From an uncultured Bacteroidales bacterium (lineage in GTDB: Bacteria > Bacteroidota > Bacteroidia > Bacteroidales > UBA932): 64,000 bases of DNA. A program made the translations under genes and the position numbers. Shown one piece after another: positions 18,443 through 27,323 of this stretch. The stretch spans positions 3,972 through 67,971 of the forward strand of contig CANBDZ010000001.1 in the NCBI GenBank assembly GCA_947367375.1. The letters are read 5' to 3'. Positions within the stretch are counted from its first letter, which is position 1, and the number at the start of each line of letters is the position of its first letter. The notes beneath the pieces are model-generated. The model was given only the letters and a program-made list of their open reading frames with translations. It was not told the DNA's origin and ran no database searches.

Positions 18443-18470
18443 AAAAACACCCCATCGCGGTGATGGGGTG
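18443..18470 (-). terminator. Intrinsic terminator after the LacI-family gene
   Basis: Minus strand CACCCCATC-ACCGC-GATGGGGTG followed by TTTTT. Confidence 0.75.
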
Positions 18471-18520
18471 ATATGGTTTCAGGCCGGAGCGTCTGATTAG
18501 GGCTGTACCGGAAAAGTGTG

Positions 18521-19522
18521 TCAGCAGGAAAACGATGAGCCTCGGATTATAAGTCTGGAACCGAACACGCGGGTGATGTCCTTTTCGGTGAGTTCTCCAT
18601 TGCAGAGCCGCAGTGCAGTGTCTGCGATTTCCTCTCCGATTTCTTCCAGAGGACGGCTGAGGCAGGTTACTGACGGGTTGGAGAATTTGCATTCCGGCGC
18701 CTCGTCGAAACTCGCGATGGCGATGTCCTGGGGAATCGACAGGTTCATAAGCTTGGCGGCTGAGACTGCTTGGAGTACCGAAATGAAATTAGGCAGTATG
18801 ATGGCGTCAGGCCTTGGATCTGTCTTCAAGAAACGGCTGATGACCTCAGAGGTGTCGTCGGTAGTGAGCTCGCTGTAGATGAGGAGTCTGGGGTCGAAAG
18901 GCAGATCGTTTTCCTTGATGACATCTTTGTATGCCGCCACCCTTTCCTTGTAGACGGGACACTTGTAATGCTTGGCGGCGAATGCGATCCTCCTGCATCC
19001 GGCAGAAACAAGATGCCGGGTCAGTGTGTAAGAACCCATATAGTTGTCAATCAGGAATTTAGGGCAGATTCCTGCGTAGTGTATTCTGTTGAAAAGTATG
19101 ACTTTTATCCCTCTTTTCTGTGCCTCTTCCAGATGGGTGTTGTCATCTATGTCCATACTCTGGGATATGATGAGGCATCTGATGTGGGCGGGAGACAGCC
19201 TTGACACGATCTCCTTCTCCCTCTTTGCGGAGTTGTCCGAGCACATTACCGAGAGCAGGTACTTGTCTTCGATCTTGCCCTGGATGGTGTGTATGATGCT
19301 GTTGTAAAAGACATTGTCTCTTGCAGGGACGATGACGGCTATGGTGTCAGGCTCAGTCTGTATGTTTCTGGAATCCCTGTAGCCCATTTCTTCCGCCACC
19401 TTGCGGATGCGGTTCCTGGTCTTTATGTTGATCAGACTGCTGTCCGCGAGGGCGCGGGAAACCGTCGAAGGAGACAGATGGAGCTTGTCGGCGATGTCGT
19501 AGATTGTTACTTTCTTTGCCAT
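18521..19522 (-). CDS. LacI-family transcriptional regulator
   Basis: Start MAKKVTIYDIADKLHLSPSTVSRAL (ATG 19522), LacI HTH followed by a periplasmic-binding-fold domain (IPQDIAIASFD). Confidence 0.92.
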   Translation of the reverse strand: MAKKVTIYDIADKLHLSPSTVSRALADSSLINIKTRNRIRKVAEEMGYRDSRNIQTEPDTIAVIVPARDNVFYNSIIHTIQGKIEDKYLLSVMCSDNSAKREKEIVSRLSPAHIRCLIISQSMDIDDNTHLEEAQKRGIKVILFNRIHYAGICPKFLIDNYMGSYTLTRHLVSAGCRRIAFAAKHYKCPVYKERVAAYKDVIKENDLPFDPRLLIYSELTTDDTSEVISRFLKTDPRPDAIILPNFISVLQAVSAAKLMNLSIPQDIAIASFDEAPECKFSNPSVTCLSRPLEEIGEEIADTALRLCNGELTEKDITRVFGSRLIIRGSSFSC

Positions 19523-19533
19523 AGGTTCATAGG

Positions 19534-20394
19534 TTATTCGAAGCACAATGCGGCTGCACCGTAAACCGGAATGTTTGCTTCTGTGGACTTGAAGATCTTG
19601 ATGTTCTTCACCGTTCCTTTGTAAATGAACGAGTTGACTGTCTTGAGCATCGTCTCCTTGTAGAAATCATAGGCTTCAGCCATTATGCCTCCGATGACGA
19701 TGGCATCGGGGTCGAGGGCGTACATTATCGTCTTGATGGCATTACCCAGGTCCATTCCGAAAAGTTCGTATATCGCCAAGGCTATCTTGTCCTTCTTTTT
19801 TGCCCTTGCCAGCAGGATCTCGTTTTTCAGGCCGTACTTCTCCTCGAAATACTTTGTGCTGCAATAGTACTCGTAGTCGTGGTCGCGGTACGGGATGGAA
19901 CAGAACTCTCCGGCTCCGGCGTTCCTGCCCGAATAAAGTTTGCCGTTGATTATGATGCCGACTCCGAAACCGGTAGCTATGGTTATCCCTGCGATGTTTT
20001 CATAGTCTTTCGCGACTCCGAAATATTTCTCTCCCAGGGCAAAGCAGTTTGCGTCGTTGTTTATGTAGACAGGTACGTTGAACTGCTCCTCGAGGATGTC
20101 TTTCAGGTGTACCTTGTGCCAGGAAGGGATGTTGGTGGGGTTGATGACTATACCGTGCTTGACATCTACCAGGCTCGGTACGCCGACTCCGATTCCGGCG
20201 ACTGAGTCTGTGTAGACTGAATTGATGGTGTGGATGATCTCGCTCAGGATGACTTCCTCAGCTTCCCTGTTGTTTACCTCCCTGTGGACTATGTCTGCGA
20301 TGACTCCGTTCTCGATTCTTGCCGCACTGAGATGCTTGCCTCCAAAGATCACCCCGATTACATTCTTCTGCAACTTATCCTGGCTAAAGATCAT
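19534..20394 (-). CDS. ROK-family protein with degenerate ATP-binding motif
   Basis: GIGVGVP, NNDANCFALGE, AGEF present; N-terminal motif reads GVIFGGK rather than GIDLGGT. Confidence 0.85.
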   Translation of the reverse strand: MIFSQDKLQKNVIGVIFGGKHLSAARIENGVIADIVHREVNNREAEEVILSEIIHTINSVYTDSVAGIGVGVPSLVDVKHGIVINPTNIPSWHKVHLKDILEEQFNVPVYINNDANCFALGEKYFGVAKDYENIAGITIATGFGVGIIINGKLYSGRNAGAGEFCSIPYRDHDYEYYCSTKYFEEKYGLKNEILLARAKKKDKIALAIYELFGMDLGNAIKTIMYALDPDAIVIGGIMAEAYDFYKETMLKTVNSFIYKGTVKNIKIFKSTEANIPVYGAAALCFE

Positions 20395-20501
20395 ATCTTA
20401 TGAAATGTTTGAAATCTAACTGCAATAATACAAAAAAATACTGTAAAATTCCAAATCAAAACCCTTTCAGAATCAAGGTTTTTTCCTACCTTTGCATTCA
20501 T

Positions 20502-21518
20502 ATGTCGAAAACTTTTGGGTACATTTTGAACCCGAGAACGCTCTTATATGATGTAAAAAGGCGTTCTCGTTTGTCGTGGGTGGTAATGCTCGCGACACTT
20601 TTCGTCGTGAGTGTGGTGATGGCGGGATTCTATTTCTGGATCTATGTGTCAGTCCTCGGTCTCGAGCCTCCTAAGACCCTGCTTCTCAAAAAGGAGAACG
20701 CGGAGTGGTGCTCGAAAATGGAGGTCATGAACAGACATCTGGATCAGTATGAATCTGCCTTGGAGTCCCTCCAGATGAGGGATGACGGCATCTATCGTTC
20801 GATCTTCGGTATGAACGAGATCCCGTCAGAAGTGCGAAATGCCGGCTTCGGTGGAGTGAACAGGTACGCTCACCTCGATATGATTGACTCTGACGGCCTT
20901 CTCAAGAACACGGCTGTGAGACTTGACATCCTGACAAAGAAGACCTATGTACAGAGCCGTTCTTTTGATGAGGTTGCGCAGCTTTCGAAGAGGGCTGGCG
21001 ACATGGCTATGTGCATCCCTGCAATCCCGCCTGTAAATCCGGATCCTTCAATATACAGACTTTCAAGCTCGTTCGGTTATCGTTCGGATCCTTTCACCGG
21101 CCGCTCTAAGCGTCACACCGGTGTGGACTTTGCCATGAAGCCGGGCAATCCGATCTACGTGACAGGAGACGGCGTGGTGGAAAGCGTCAAGTTTGAGTTC
21201 TTTGGCTATGGTAACCAGGTGGTCATTGACCACGGTTTCGGTTACAAGACAAGGTATGCTCACTTGAAGTCTGTAGGCGTTGTTGAAGGTATGAAGGTCA
21301 AGAGGGGAGAGTGCATCGGCGAGAGCGGAAATTCAGGCCGCTCGTCGGGACCGCACCTGCATTATGAGGTGCTTTACAAGGATGCTCCTGTCAACCCTGC
21401 GAACTATTTTGACCTGACCATAACTCCTGAGGAGTATGCCACAATGGTCCAGAACACGGCTGATGCTTCCGGCAGGATAACACTGCATCCGTCTCATAAG
21501 AAAAAGGGACGCATATGA
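20502..21518 (+). CDS. M23 family metallopeptidase (peptidoglycan endopeptidase-like)
   Basis: Likely start MSKTFGY at 20502; TM segment, coiled coil, HTGVD, YAHL, GPHLHYEV. Confidence 0.88.
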   Translation: MSKTFGYILNPRTLLYDVKRRSRLSWVVMLATLFVVSVVMAGFYFWIYVSVLGLEPPKTLLLKKENAEWCSKMEVMNRHLDQYESALESLQMRDDGIYRSIFGMNEIPSEVRNAGFGGVNRYAHLDMIDSDGLLKNTAVRLDILTKKTYVQSRSFDEVAQLSKRAGDMAMCIPAIPPVNPDPSIYRLSSSFGYRSDPFTGRSKRHTGVDFAMKPGNPIYVTGDGVVESVKFEFFGYGNQVVIDHGFGYKTRYAHLKSVGVVEGMKVKRGECIGESGNSGRSSGPHLHYEVLYKDAPVNPANYFDLTITPEEYATMVQNTADASGRITLHPSHKKKGRI

Positions 21519-22465
21519 GACAGGGCTACTTCTTAGACAAGAACGACATCAAGGTCAAGAAAAGAAAGACATCGGTATGGGTCGCTATGCGTAAAGTACT
21601 GGTGTTCTTCATTGCTACTATGTCGGTAGCGGTGATATATTACCTTATCTTCGCCCTCATCTTCAACACTGCGGAGGAGCAGAAGCTCAAGAACGAAAAC
21701 CGCATGTACGCGAATGAGTATCCCGAGCTGGCAAGGAAAGAAGCCCTTCTTTCCGACGTCATCGAGGGCCTTCAGCTGAAGGATGACCGTATATATGAGG
21801 AAATATTCAAGACCGCCGCACCGAATGTAGATCCGATGGAATCGATTGATTTCCTTGTGGGGCTGGACAGCCTTCCGGACAGGGATCTTGTGAAATATAC
21901 TGACAGGAAGCTGAGCTCTTTGAGCGAGGTCGGCAGCAGGGTGGATGCGAATTTCGAGGCCATCATGAAGGCTGTGACTGATTCCGGCTTTGTCATGCCG
22001 CCTATGCATAACCCGCTCCAGGATTTCTCGTTTGCTCAGACCGGAGCTTCGGTAGGTTACAAGATCAACCCGTTCTACAAGGTCGAGATCCAGCACAACG
22101 GCTTGGATATGATAGCCTCTTCAGGTGTTCCTGTCTATGCCGCCGCTGACGGAGTGATCAGTGGGGTAACCCGCTCGAGAAAGGGTCTCGGCAACGTCGT
22201 TGAGATCGACCATGGCAATGGGTATAAGACAAGATATGCCCATTTGGCGGATGTTGTGGCCGTGAAGGGACGCAAGGTCAACAGGGGAACGCACATCGGC
22301 AATGTCGGAGTGTCCGGCAGCTCGTTCGCGCCTCACCTTCACTATGAAGTAATACGCGACACTGTCGTGCTCGACCCGGTGAACCACCTGTTTGCCACAG
22401 TGACGCCGGAAGAATATATGAATATATTGGTAATGTCCGTAACAACCGGACAGTCAATGGATTGA
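21515..22465 (+). CDS. M23 family metallopeptidase, tandem paralogue
   Basis: HNGLD, YAHL, APHLHYEV; ATGA overlap with the upstream gene. Confidence 0.88.
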   Translation: MRQGYFLDKNDIKVKKRKTSVWVAMRKVLVFFIATMSVAVIYYLIFALIFNTAEEQKLKNENRMYANEYPELARKEALLSDVIEGLQLKDDRIYEEIFKTAAPNVDPMESIDFLVGLDSLPDRDLVKYTDRKLSSLSEVGSRVDANFEAIMKAVTDSGFVMPPMHNPLQDFSFAQTGASVGYKINPFYKVEIQHNGLDMIASSGVPVYAAADGVISGVTRSRKGLGNVVEIDHGNGYKTRYAHLADVVAVKGRKVNRGTHIGNVGVSGSSFAPHLHYEVIRDTVVLDPVNHLFATVTPEEYMNILVMSVTTGQSMD

Positions 22466-22472
22466 CACGCAG

Positions 22473-22508
22473 TGTCATCCTGAGGAGGCGTGGCCGACGT
22501 GAGGATCT
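22473..22508 (+). repeat. REP-like short intergenic element
   Basis: TGTCATCCTGAG...GAGGATCT; same TGTCAT...ATCT frame as the copies at 41708-41767. Confidence 0.55.
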
Positions 22509-22521
22509 AAATTAAGTATTT

Positions 22522-22839
22522 ATGGAAAAATTTTTCTACACAGTAGGAGAAGTCGCTGCAATTCTGGATGAAAGCCCTTCACTTGTGCGCTTCTGGTCCA
22601 ATGAGTTCTCGAAGTTCATCAAGCCTCAGAGGAACGGCAAGGGCAACAGGCTTTTCTCAAAGGATGACGTCGAGACATTCAAGCACATACACCTGCTTGT
22701 GAATGTCGAAGGCCTGACACTTGAAGGTGTGGCCAAAAGACTCAAGGGCGACAAGAAGGATGTGATAAACAAGGCCCGCGTGCTTGAGTCCCTCAAGTCT
22801 ATCCGCGAGCAGCTTACAGAAATCCGCAAAGACCTTTAA
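22522..22839 (+). CDS. MerR-family HTH regulator
   Basis: YTVGEVAAIL..SPSLVRFW..EF...PQRNGKGNRLF. Confidence 0.88.
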   Translation: MEKFFYTVGEVAAILDESPSLVRFWSNEFSKFIKPQRNGKGNRLFSKDDVETFKHIHLLVNVEGLTLEGVAKRLKGDKKDVINKARVLESLKSIREQLTEIRKDL

Positions 22840-23622
22840 ATGGAACACAAAGTAAAAGACATAACAGCCGTCATCGAACAGTTCGCCCCGCTCTCCATCC
22901 AGGAGAACTGGGACAACAGCGGCCTCTGCATCGGTTCGCCAGAGGCTCCTGTCACCTCTATACTCCTCGGTCTGGACTGCACTCCGGAGCTGGTGGACGA
23001 GGCGATAGCCTGCGGCGCGGACATGATAGTCACACACCATCCCCTCATCTTTTCGGGACTCAAAAAGATAACTCCGGAAAACATTGTGGGCGAGGCTGTT
23101 ATAAAAGCGATAAAGGCTGGTATAAGCATATATGCAGCCCATACAAATGCCGATAAGGTCATCGCCGGAGTAAGCGGCGCAATGGCTGCAAGGCTCGGCT
23201 TGAAGAATGTGCAGATCCTCGATGAGGACGGCGAAGGCACCGGATTGGGAGTGGTAGGAGACCTTCCGGAGCCGATAAGCGCAGAAGAGGCTATTGCACT
23301 GGTGAAGGGCAGATTCTCGCTCAAGGCGATGAGGACGTCGAGGCCGTTGGAGGGAAAGATATCCCGCGTGGCCATGTGCGGTGGCTCTGGTGGCTCGCTG
23401 ATTTCAGCGGCGGCACGTTCAGGGGCGCAGCTGTACATCAGCGGCGACATTTCATATCACAATTTCTTCACAAAAGAGGGATTCATGATTATGGATATAG
23501 GCCATTATGAAAGTGAAATAGAGATAGTTGATATTTTATTTTCATTGTTAAAGAAAAATTTTCCTACCTTTGCAGTTCGCATTACGCAGAATATATATAA
23601 TAACCCGATATTTTATTTTTAA
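22840..23622 (+). CDS. Nif3-like dinuclear metal protein (GTP cyclohydrolase 1 type 2 homologue)
   Basis: QENWDNSGL, VTHHPLIF, HTNAD, GGSG, DIGHYESE. Confidence 0.9.
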   Translation: MEHKVKDITAVIEQFAPLSIQENWDNSGLCIGSPEAPVTSILLGLDCTPELVDEAIACGADMIVTHHPLIFSGLKKITPENIVGEAVIKAIKAGISIYAAHTNADKVIAGVSGAMAARLGLKNVQILDEDGEGTGLGVVGDLPEPISAEEAIALVKGRFSLKAMRTSRPLEGKISRVAMCGGSGGSLISAAARSGAQLYISGDISYHNFFTKEGFMIMDIGHYESEIEIVDILFSLLKKNFPTFAVRITQNIYNNPIFYF

Positions 23623-23627
23623 GCGAT

Positions 23628-24437
23628 ATGGCTAAAAAGACAAAGAAAATCGAAACGCCGATTGACAAGAGGGAAACCTTCGTGTCCATTCAGAAGACAT
23701 TTGCAGACTCAGGACTGAGTGTAAGTGAGAAGCTTCAGACATTGTACGCCCTTCAGCAGGCAGACACTGAAATAGATAAGATTCTTCAGCTCAGAGGTGA
23801 ACTTCCAATGGAAGTTGAAGCCCTTGAGAACGAGATCGTTGAGATCAAGGCAAAATCAGTACGCCTTGCAGAAATGATCGAGGAGTACAACAAGTTTATC
23901 GCTGCAAACAAGATGAGCATCACTGAGTGCGAGGACCTCATCGAGAAGTACAAGTCACAGCTCGAGAACGTTGCTAACAGCCGCGAGTACGACTCACTCA
24001 ACAAGGAGATCGAGAACCAGGACCTCCTCAGACAGATCTCAGAGAAGCATATCGCAGAGACTAAGGAGCGCATCTTCGACAAGAAGAAGGAGCTTGAGGT
24101 GATCAAGGAGAAGCTCGCTGTAAGAAACGAGGACCTCAAGGCTAAGAAAGAGGAGCTTGACACTATCGTTGAGGCTACTTCAAAGGAGGAGCAGATGCTC
24201 AGAGCAAACCGCGACGCTTGTGCAGAGAAGATCGACGAGAGAACAATGAGCGCATACGAGCACATCAGACACAGCTGCACAAACCACCTCGCAGTAGTTC
24301 CAGTGTTCAACGGCAACGCTTGCGGCGGCTGCTTCAACACAATCGCTCCACAGAGACTTCTTGACATCGCTTCAAACAAGAAGATGATCATCTGCGAGTA
24401 CTGCGGAAGAATTCTTGTAAATCCGGATTTCGAATAA
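23628..24437 (+). CDS. Coiled-coil protein with C4-type zinc ribbon (CT398-like)
   Basis: Long coiled coil; CGGC...CEYCGRIL; usual neighbour of Nif3. Confidence 0.85.
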   Translation: MAKKTKKIETPIDKRETFVSIQKTFADSGLSVSEKLQTLYALQQADTEIDKILQLRGELPMEVEALENEIVEIKAKSVRLAEMIEEYNKFIAANKMSITECEDLIEKYKSQLENVANSREYDSLNKEIENQDLLRQISEKHIAETKERIFDKKKELEVIKEKLAVRNEDLKAKKEELDTIVEATSKEEQMLRANRDACAEKIDERTMSAYEHIRHSCTNHLAVVPVFNGNACGGCFNTIAPQRLLDIASNKKMIICEYCGRILVNPDFE

Positions 24438-24478
24438 TCTTAGAAACTGTATCCAGCAGTTTCAGCATTTAAAATAAT

Positions 24479-25987
24479 ATGGCTGACGAGGTAAAGAAAA
24501 GACCGGTCAGAGGAAAGAAACAGTCAGTCAATCTTGACACTCTTGGGCTTGAGATGGGTAACAGACCGCCTCAGGCTCTTGATGTTGAAGAGGCTGTCCT
24601 TGGTGCGCTTCTGATTGAACCGAACTGTGTTGATGAGGCAATGGACGAGCTCACTCCGAGCTGTTTTTACTCTGAGAAACACAGGATGATCTTCGAGGCA
24701 ATGACCGCTCTCACGAGCGAGCACATTGCGCTCGACCTGCTTTCTGTGTCCCAGAAGCTCAAGTCTTCAGGCAACCTGGAGGCTGTAGGCGGAACTATAG
24801 CCCTGGCTCAGCTCTCACAGAAGATCGGTGCTGCCGCTCACATCGAGTACTACATCAGGATCCTGAAGCAGAAACACATCCAGAGAGAGCTCATCACTGC
24901 TTCTTACGACATCCTGAAGTATTCGTATGACGAGTCTGTCAATGTGGACGATCTTATCGACACTGCCCAGACCAAGGTCTTTGCGGCTATCCAGAACAAC
25001 GTGAAGAGGGATGTCCAGGAGATCGGAAAGGTCATCAATGAGGCGTTGGAGGATCTCCAGGCACGTCAGGACTCTGACGGATTGAGCGGAGTGCCTTCAG
25101 GCTTCCCTTCAATCGACAAGATCACACTCGGATGGCAGGCTTCAGACCTTATCATCCTTGCGGCTCGTCCTTCGGTCGGAAAGACAGCGTTCGTGGTGAA
25201 CGTCTGCCGAAACGCCGCAGTGGACTTCAATATGCCGGTGGCTATCTTCTCTCTTGAGATGCCTGCAAAGCAGCTCGCCAACCGTATGATGGTGTCCGAG
25301 ACAAAGCTCAGCGCAGACAAGATCAAGGGTGGAGTGAAGCTCCAGCCATGGGAGTGGGAGCAGCTGGACATCCAGCTCAAGCGACTGGCGAAGGCACCTA
25401 TATATATAGATGACACTCCTTCACTTCCGGTAATGGAGTTCCGTTCGAAGGTGAAGAGACTCGTGAACCAGAAGGGTGTACGCCTTGTGGTTGTCGACTA
25501 CCTTCAGCTGATGCAGGGACCTGCCGAGCTCCGTGGAATGCGTGAGCAGGAAGTTGCAGCGATCTCGCGTACATTGAAGGCGACAGCAAAGGAGATGGGA
25601 GTTCCTATCATCGCTCTTTCACAGCTCTCGCGTCAGTCGGAGAATCGTCAGGGAAGCAACAGACGTCCTCAGTTGAGCGACCTCCGAGAGTCTGGTTCCA
25701 TCGAGCAGGATGCCGACATGGTAATCTTCATCCATCGTTATGACTATCAGGGACTTTCAGACAATCCTGATGACATCGGAAGAACACAGATCATCATTGC
25801 AAAGCATCGTAACGGTGCGATTGCGGATGTCGACATGAGATTCCGTGCAGACGAGGTACGATTCGTGGATGAGCAGGAGAGTCTGGTGAATCAGGCGGAC
25901 ATGATGTCAGTGGCTTCTGCGATGAATGACGACTATCCGGGACCTATGCCTCCGAGCGATTTCGGAATGCCTGATGAGTTCGCATAG
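24479..25987 (+). CDS. dnaB: Replicative DNA helicase
   Basis: PPQALDVEEAVLGALL, AARPSVGKT, FSLEM, DYLQL, LSQLSR, SDLRESGSIEQDAD, KHRNG. Confidence 0.97.
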   Translation: MADEVKKRPVRGKKQSVNLDTLGLEMGNRPPQALDVEEAVLGALLIEPNCVDEAMDELTPSCFYSEKHRMIFEAMTALTSEHIALDLLSVSQKLKSSGNLEAVGGTIALAQLSQKIGAAAHIEYYIRILKQKHIQRELITASYDILKYSYDESVNVDDLIDTAQTKVFAAIQNNVKRDVQEIGKVINEALEDLQARQDSDGLSGVPSGFPSIDKITLGWQASDLIILAARPSVGKTAFVVNVCRNAAVDFNMPVAIFSLEMPAKQLANRMMVSETKLSADKIKGGVKLQPWEWEQLDIQLKRLAKAPIYIDDTPSLPVMEFRSKVKRLVNQKGVRLVVVDYLQLMQGPAELRGMREQEVAAISRTLKATAKEMGVPIIALSQLSRQSENRQGSNRRPQLSDLRESGSIEQDADMVIFIHRYDYQGLSDNPDDIGRTQIIIAKHRNGAIADVDMRFRADEVRFVDEQESLVNQADMMSVASAMNDDYPGPMPPSDFGMPDEFA

Positions 25988-26001
25988 AGATTCATCGGAA
26001 G

Positions 26002-26877
26002 ATGAAGATGAGAATAATAATATGTTTGACAGTTCTCCTGTGCATGCGTCTGTCGGTAAGTCCGGCGCACGCACAGGGGAATTCTGATTTAAAAGGTACG
26101 GCGTGTGTGCCTGTGAGGGCTCTTTCAGAGGACAAACTGGCATTTCAGGCAGGGGAGAAACTGGATTTTGTGCTTCATTACAGGTGGGGAGCGATCAACT
26201 CTGATGTAGGCCACGGCACTGTAGAGCTCGATAATGTCCGTTTCAACGGCAAGGATGCCTTCCTCTGCTCAGTTTACGGAAAGACCACTAAGTTCTTTGA
26301 CCTGTTCTTCAAGGTCCGCGAGGATTTCAAGTCATGGTTTACCCGCGACGGACTTGTGCCGTTGAAGTTCACCCGTGACACTTACGAGGGAGGCTACGAG
26401 GCAAGGAATACATATTTATATGACAGGACTTCTGCGGAGCCGCATATATCTGCGGATCTATATTCCTCAAAGCGCGGCCAGCGTTCGATGGAACTGCCGC
26501 TCACTCCGTGCACCTTCGACCTTCCTTCGCTTTTCTTCTTCGCGAGGAACATGGATTTCGACGTCGTTGAACCCGGCAGGAAGTATCCGATGACCTTCGC
26601 GATCGACGACGATGTGTTCAATGTCTATTTCATCCTTTACGGACGTGAGACCATCAGGGTGAAGGGCTTTGGAACGGTGAAGACGATCAAGTTCGCCGCA
26701 AAGCTTCTGGAAGGAGAGGTCTTCAAGGGGGAAGAGGACATGCTGATCTGGGTGACAGATGATGAAAACAGACTGCCGGTCTATTTTGAGGCTCCTCTTC
26801 TTGTCGGCAAGGCAACTGGAAGGATGACGGCTTATGAAGGGCTGAAACACCCGTTCACTTCATTGGTAAAACAATAA
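26002..26877 (+). CDS. DUF3108-like secreted protein
   Basis: Signal peptide; FQAGEKLDF.LHY.WG, FFKVRE, WVTDDENRLPV. Confidence 0.7.
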   Translation: MKMRIIICLTVLLCMRLSVSPAHAQGNSDLKGTACVPVRALSEDKLAFQAGEKLDFVLHYRWGAINSDVGHGTVELDNVRFNGKDAFLCSVYGKTTKFFDLFFKVREDFKSWFTRDGLVPLKFTRDTYEGGYEARNTYLYDRTSAEPHISADLYSSKRGQRSMELPLTPCTFDLPSLFFFARNMDFDVVEPGRKYPMTFAIDDDVFNVYFILYGRETIRVKGFGTVKTIKFAAKLLEGEVFKGEEDMLIWVTDDENRLPVYFEAPLLVGKATGRMTAYEGLKHPFTSLVKQ

Positions 26878-26881
26878 CAAT

Positions 26882-27304
26882 ATGGCAAAGAAAAACGAAA
26901 TAGTACACACAGGAAAGATAGTGGACATCACACCGGAGGCCACTACAATCGAGATTTTGGTGTCGTCTGCATGCAGCTCATGCCAGGCAAAGGCAATGTG
27001 CGGAATGTCAGAGGACAAGGAGAAGCTCATCATGCTTCCTACCGACCCGTATGCTGAGTACCAGATCGGGGACGAAGTGCAGGTCGCTACAAAGATGGCA
27101 ATGGGGTTGAAAGCCGTGTGGATATCTTATGTGATTCCATTGGCTGTTTTAATGATAATAATATTATCTTTGTCTCCCGTTGTCGCGAACGAGTACGCGA
27201 GAGGCGGATTCGCACTTGCAGGCGTGGCGGTCTATTACTTCATCATCTGGTTGTTGAGGGACAGACTCGCTACCGAGTTCGTGTTTTATATCAAGACAAA
27301 ATAA
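26882..27304 (+). CDS. rseC: RseC/MucC family membrane protein
   Basis: SACSSCQAKAMC, two TM helices, directly upstream of rnfB. Confidence 0.85.
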   Translation: MAKKNEIVHTGKIVDITPEATTIEILVSSACSSCQAKAMCGMSEDKEKLIMLPTDPYAEYQIGDEVQVATKMAMGLKAVWISYVIPLAVLMIIILSLSPVVANEYARGGFALAGVAVYYFIIWLLRDRLATEFVFYIKTK

Positions 27305-27323
27305 CAACTAAACTATAGCTATA

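Noticed and set aside
18381..18692. 103-aa minus-strand ORF
   Set aside because: It overlaps the lacI end, terminator and operator, and the composition is not protein-like.
24479..25987. Possible intein in dnaB
   Set aside because: Normal length (502 aa) with contiguous helicase motifs.
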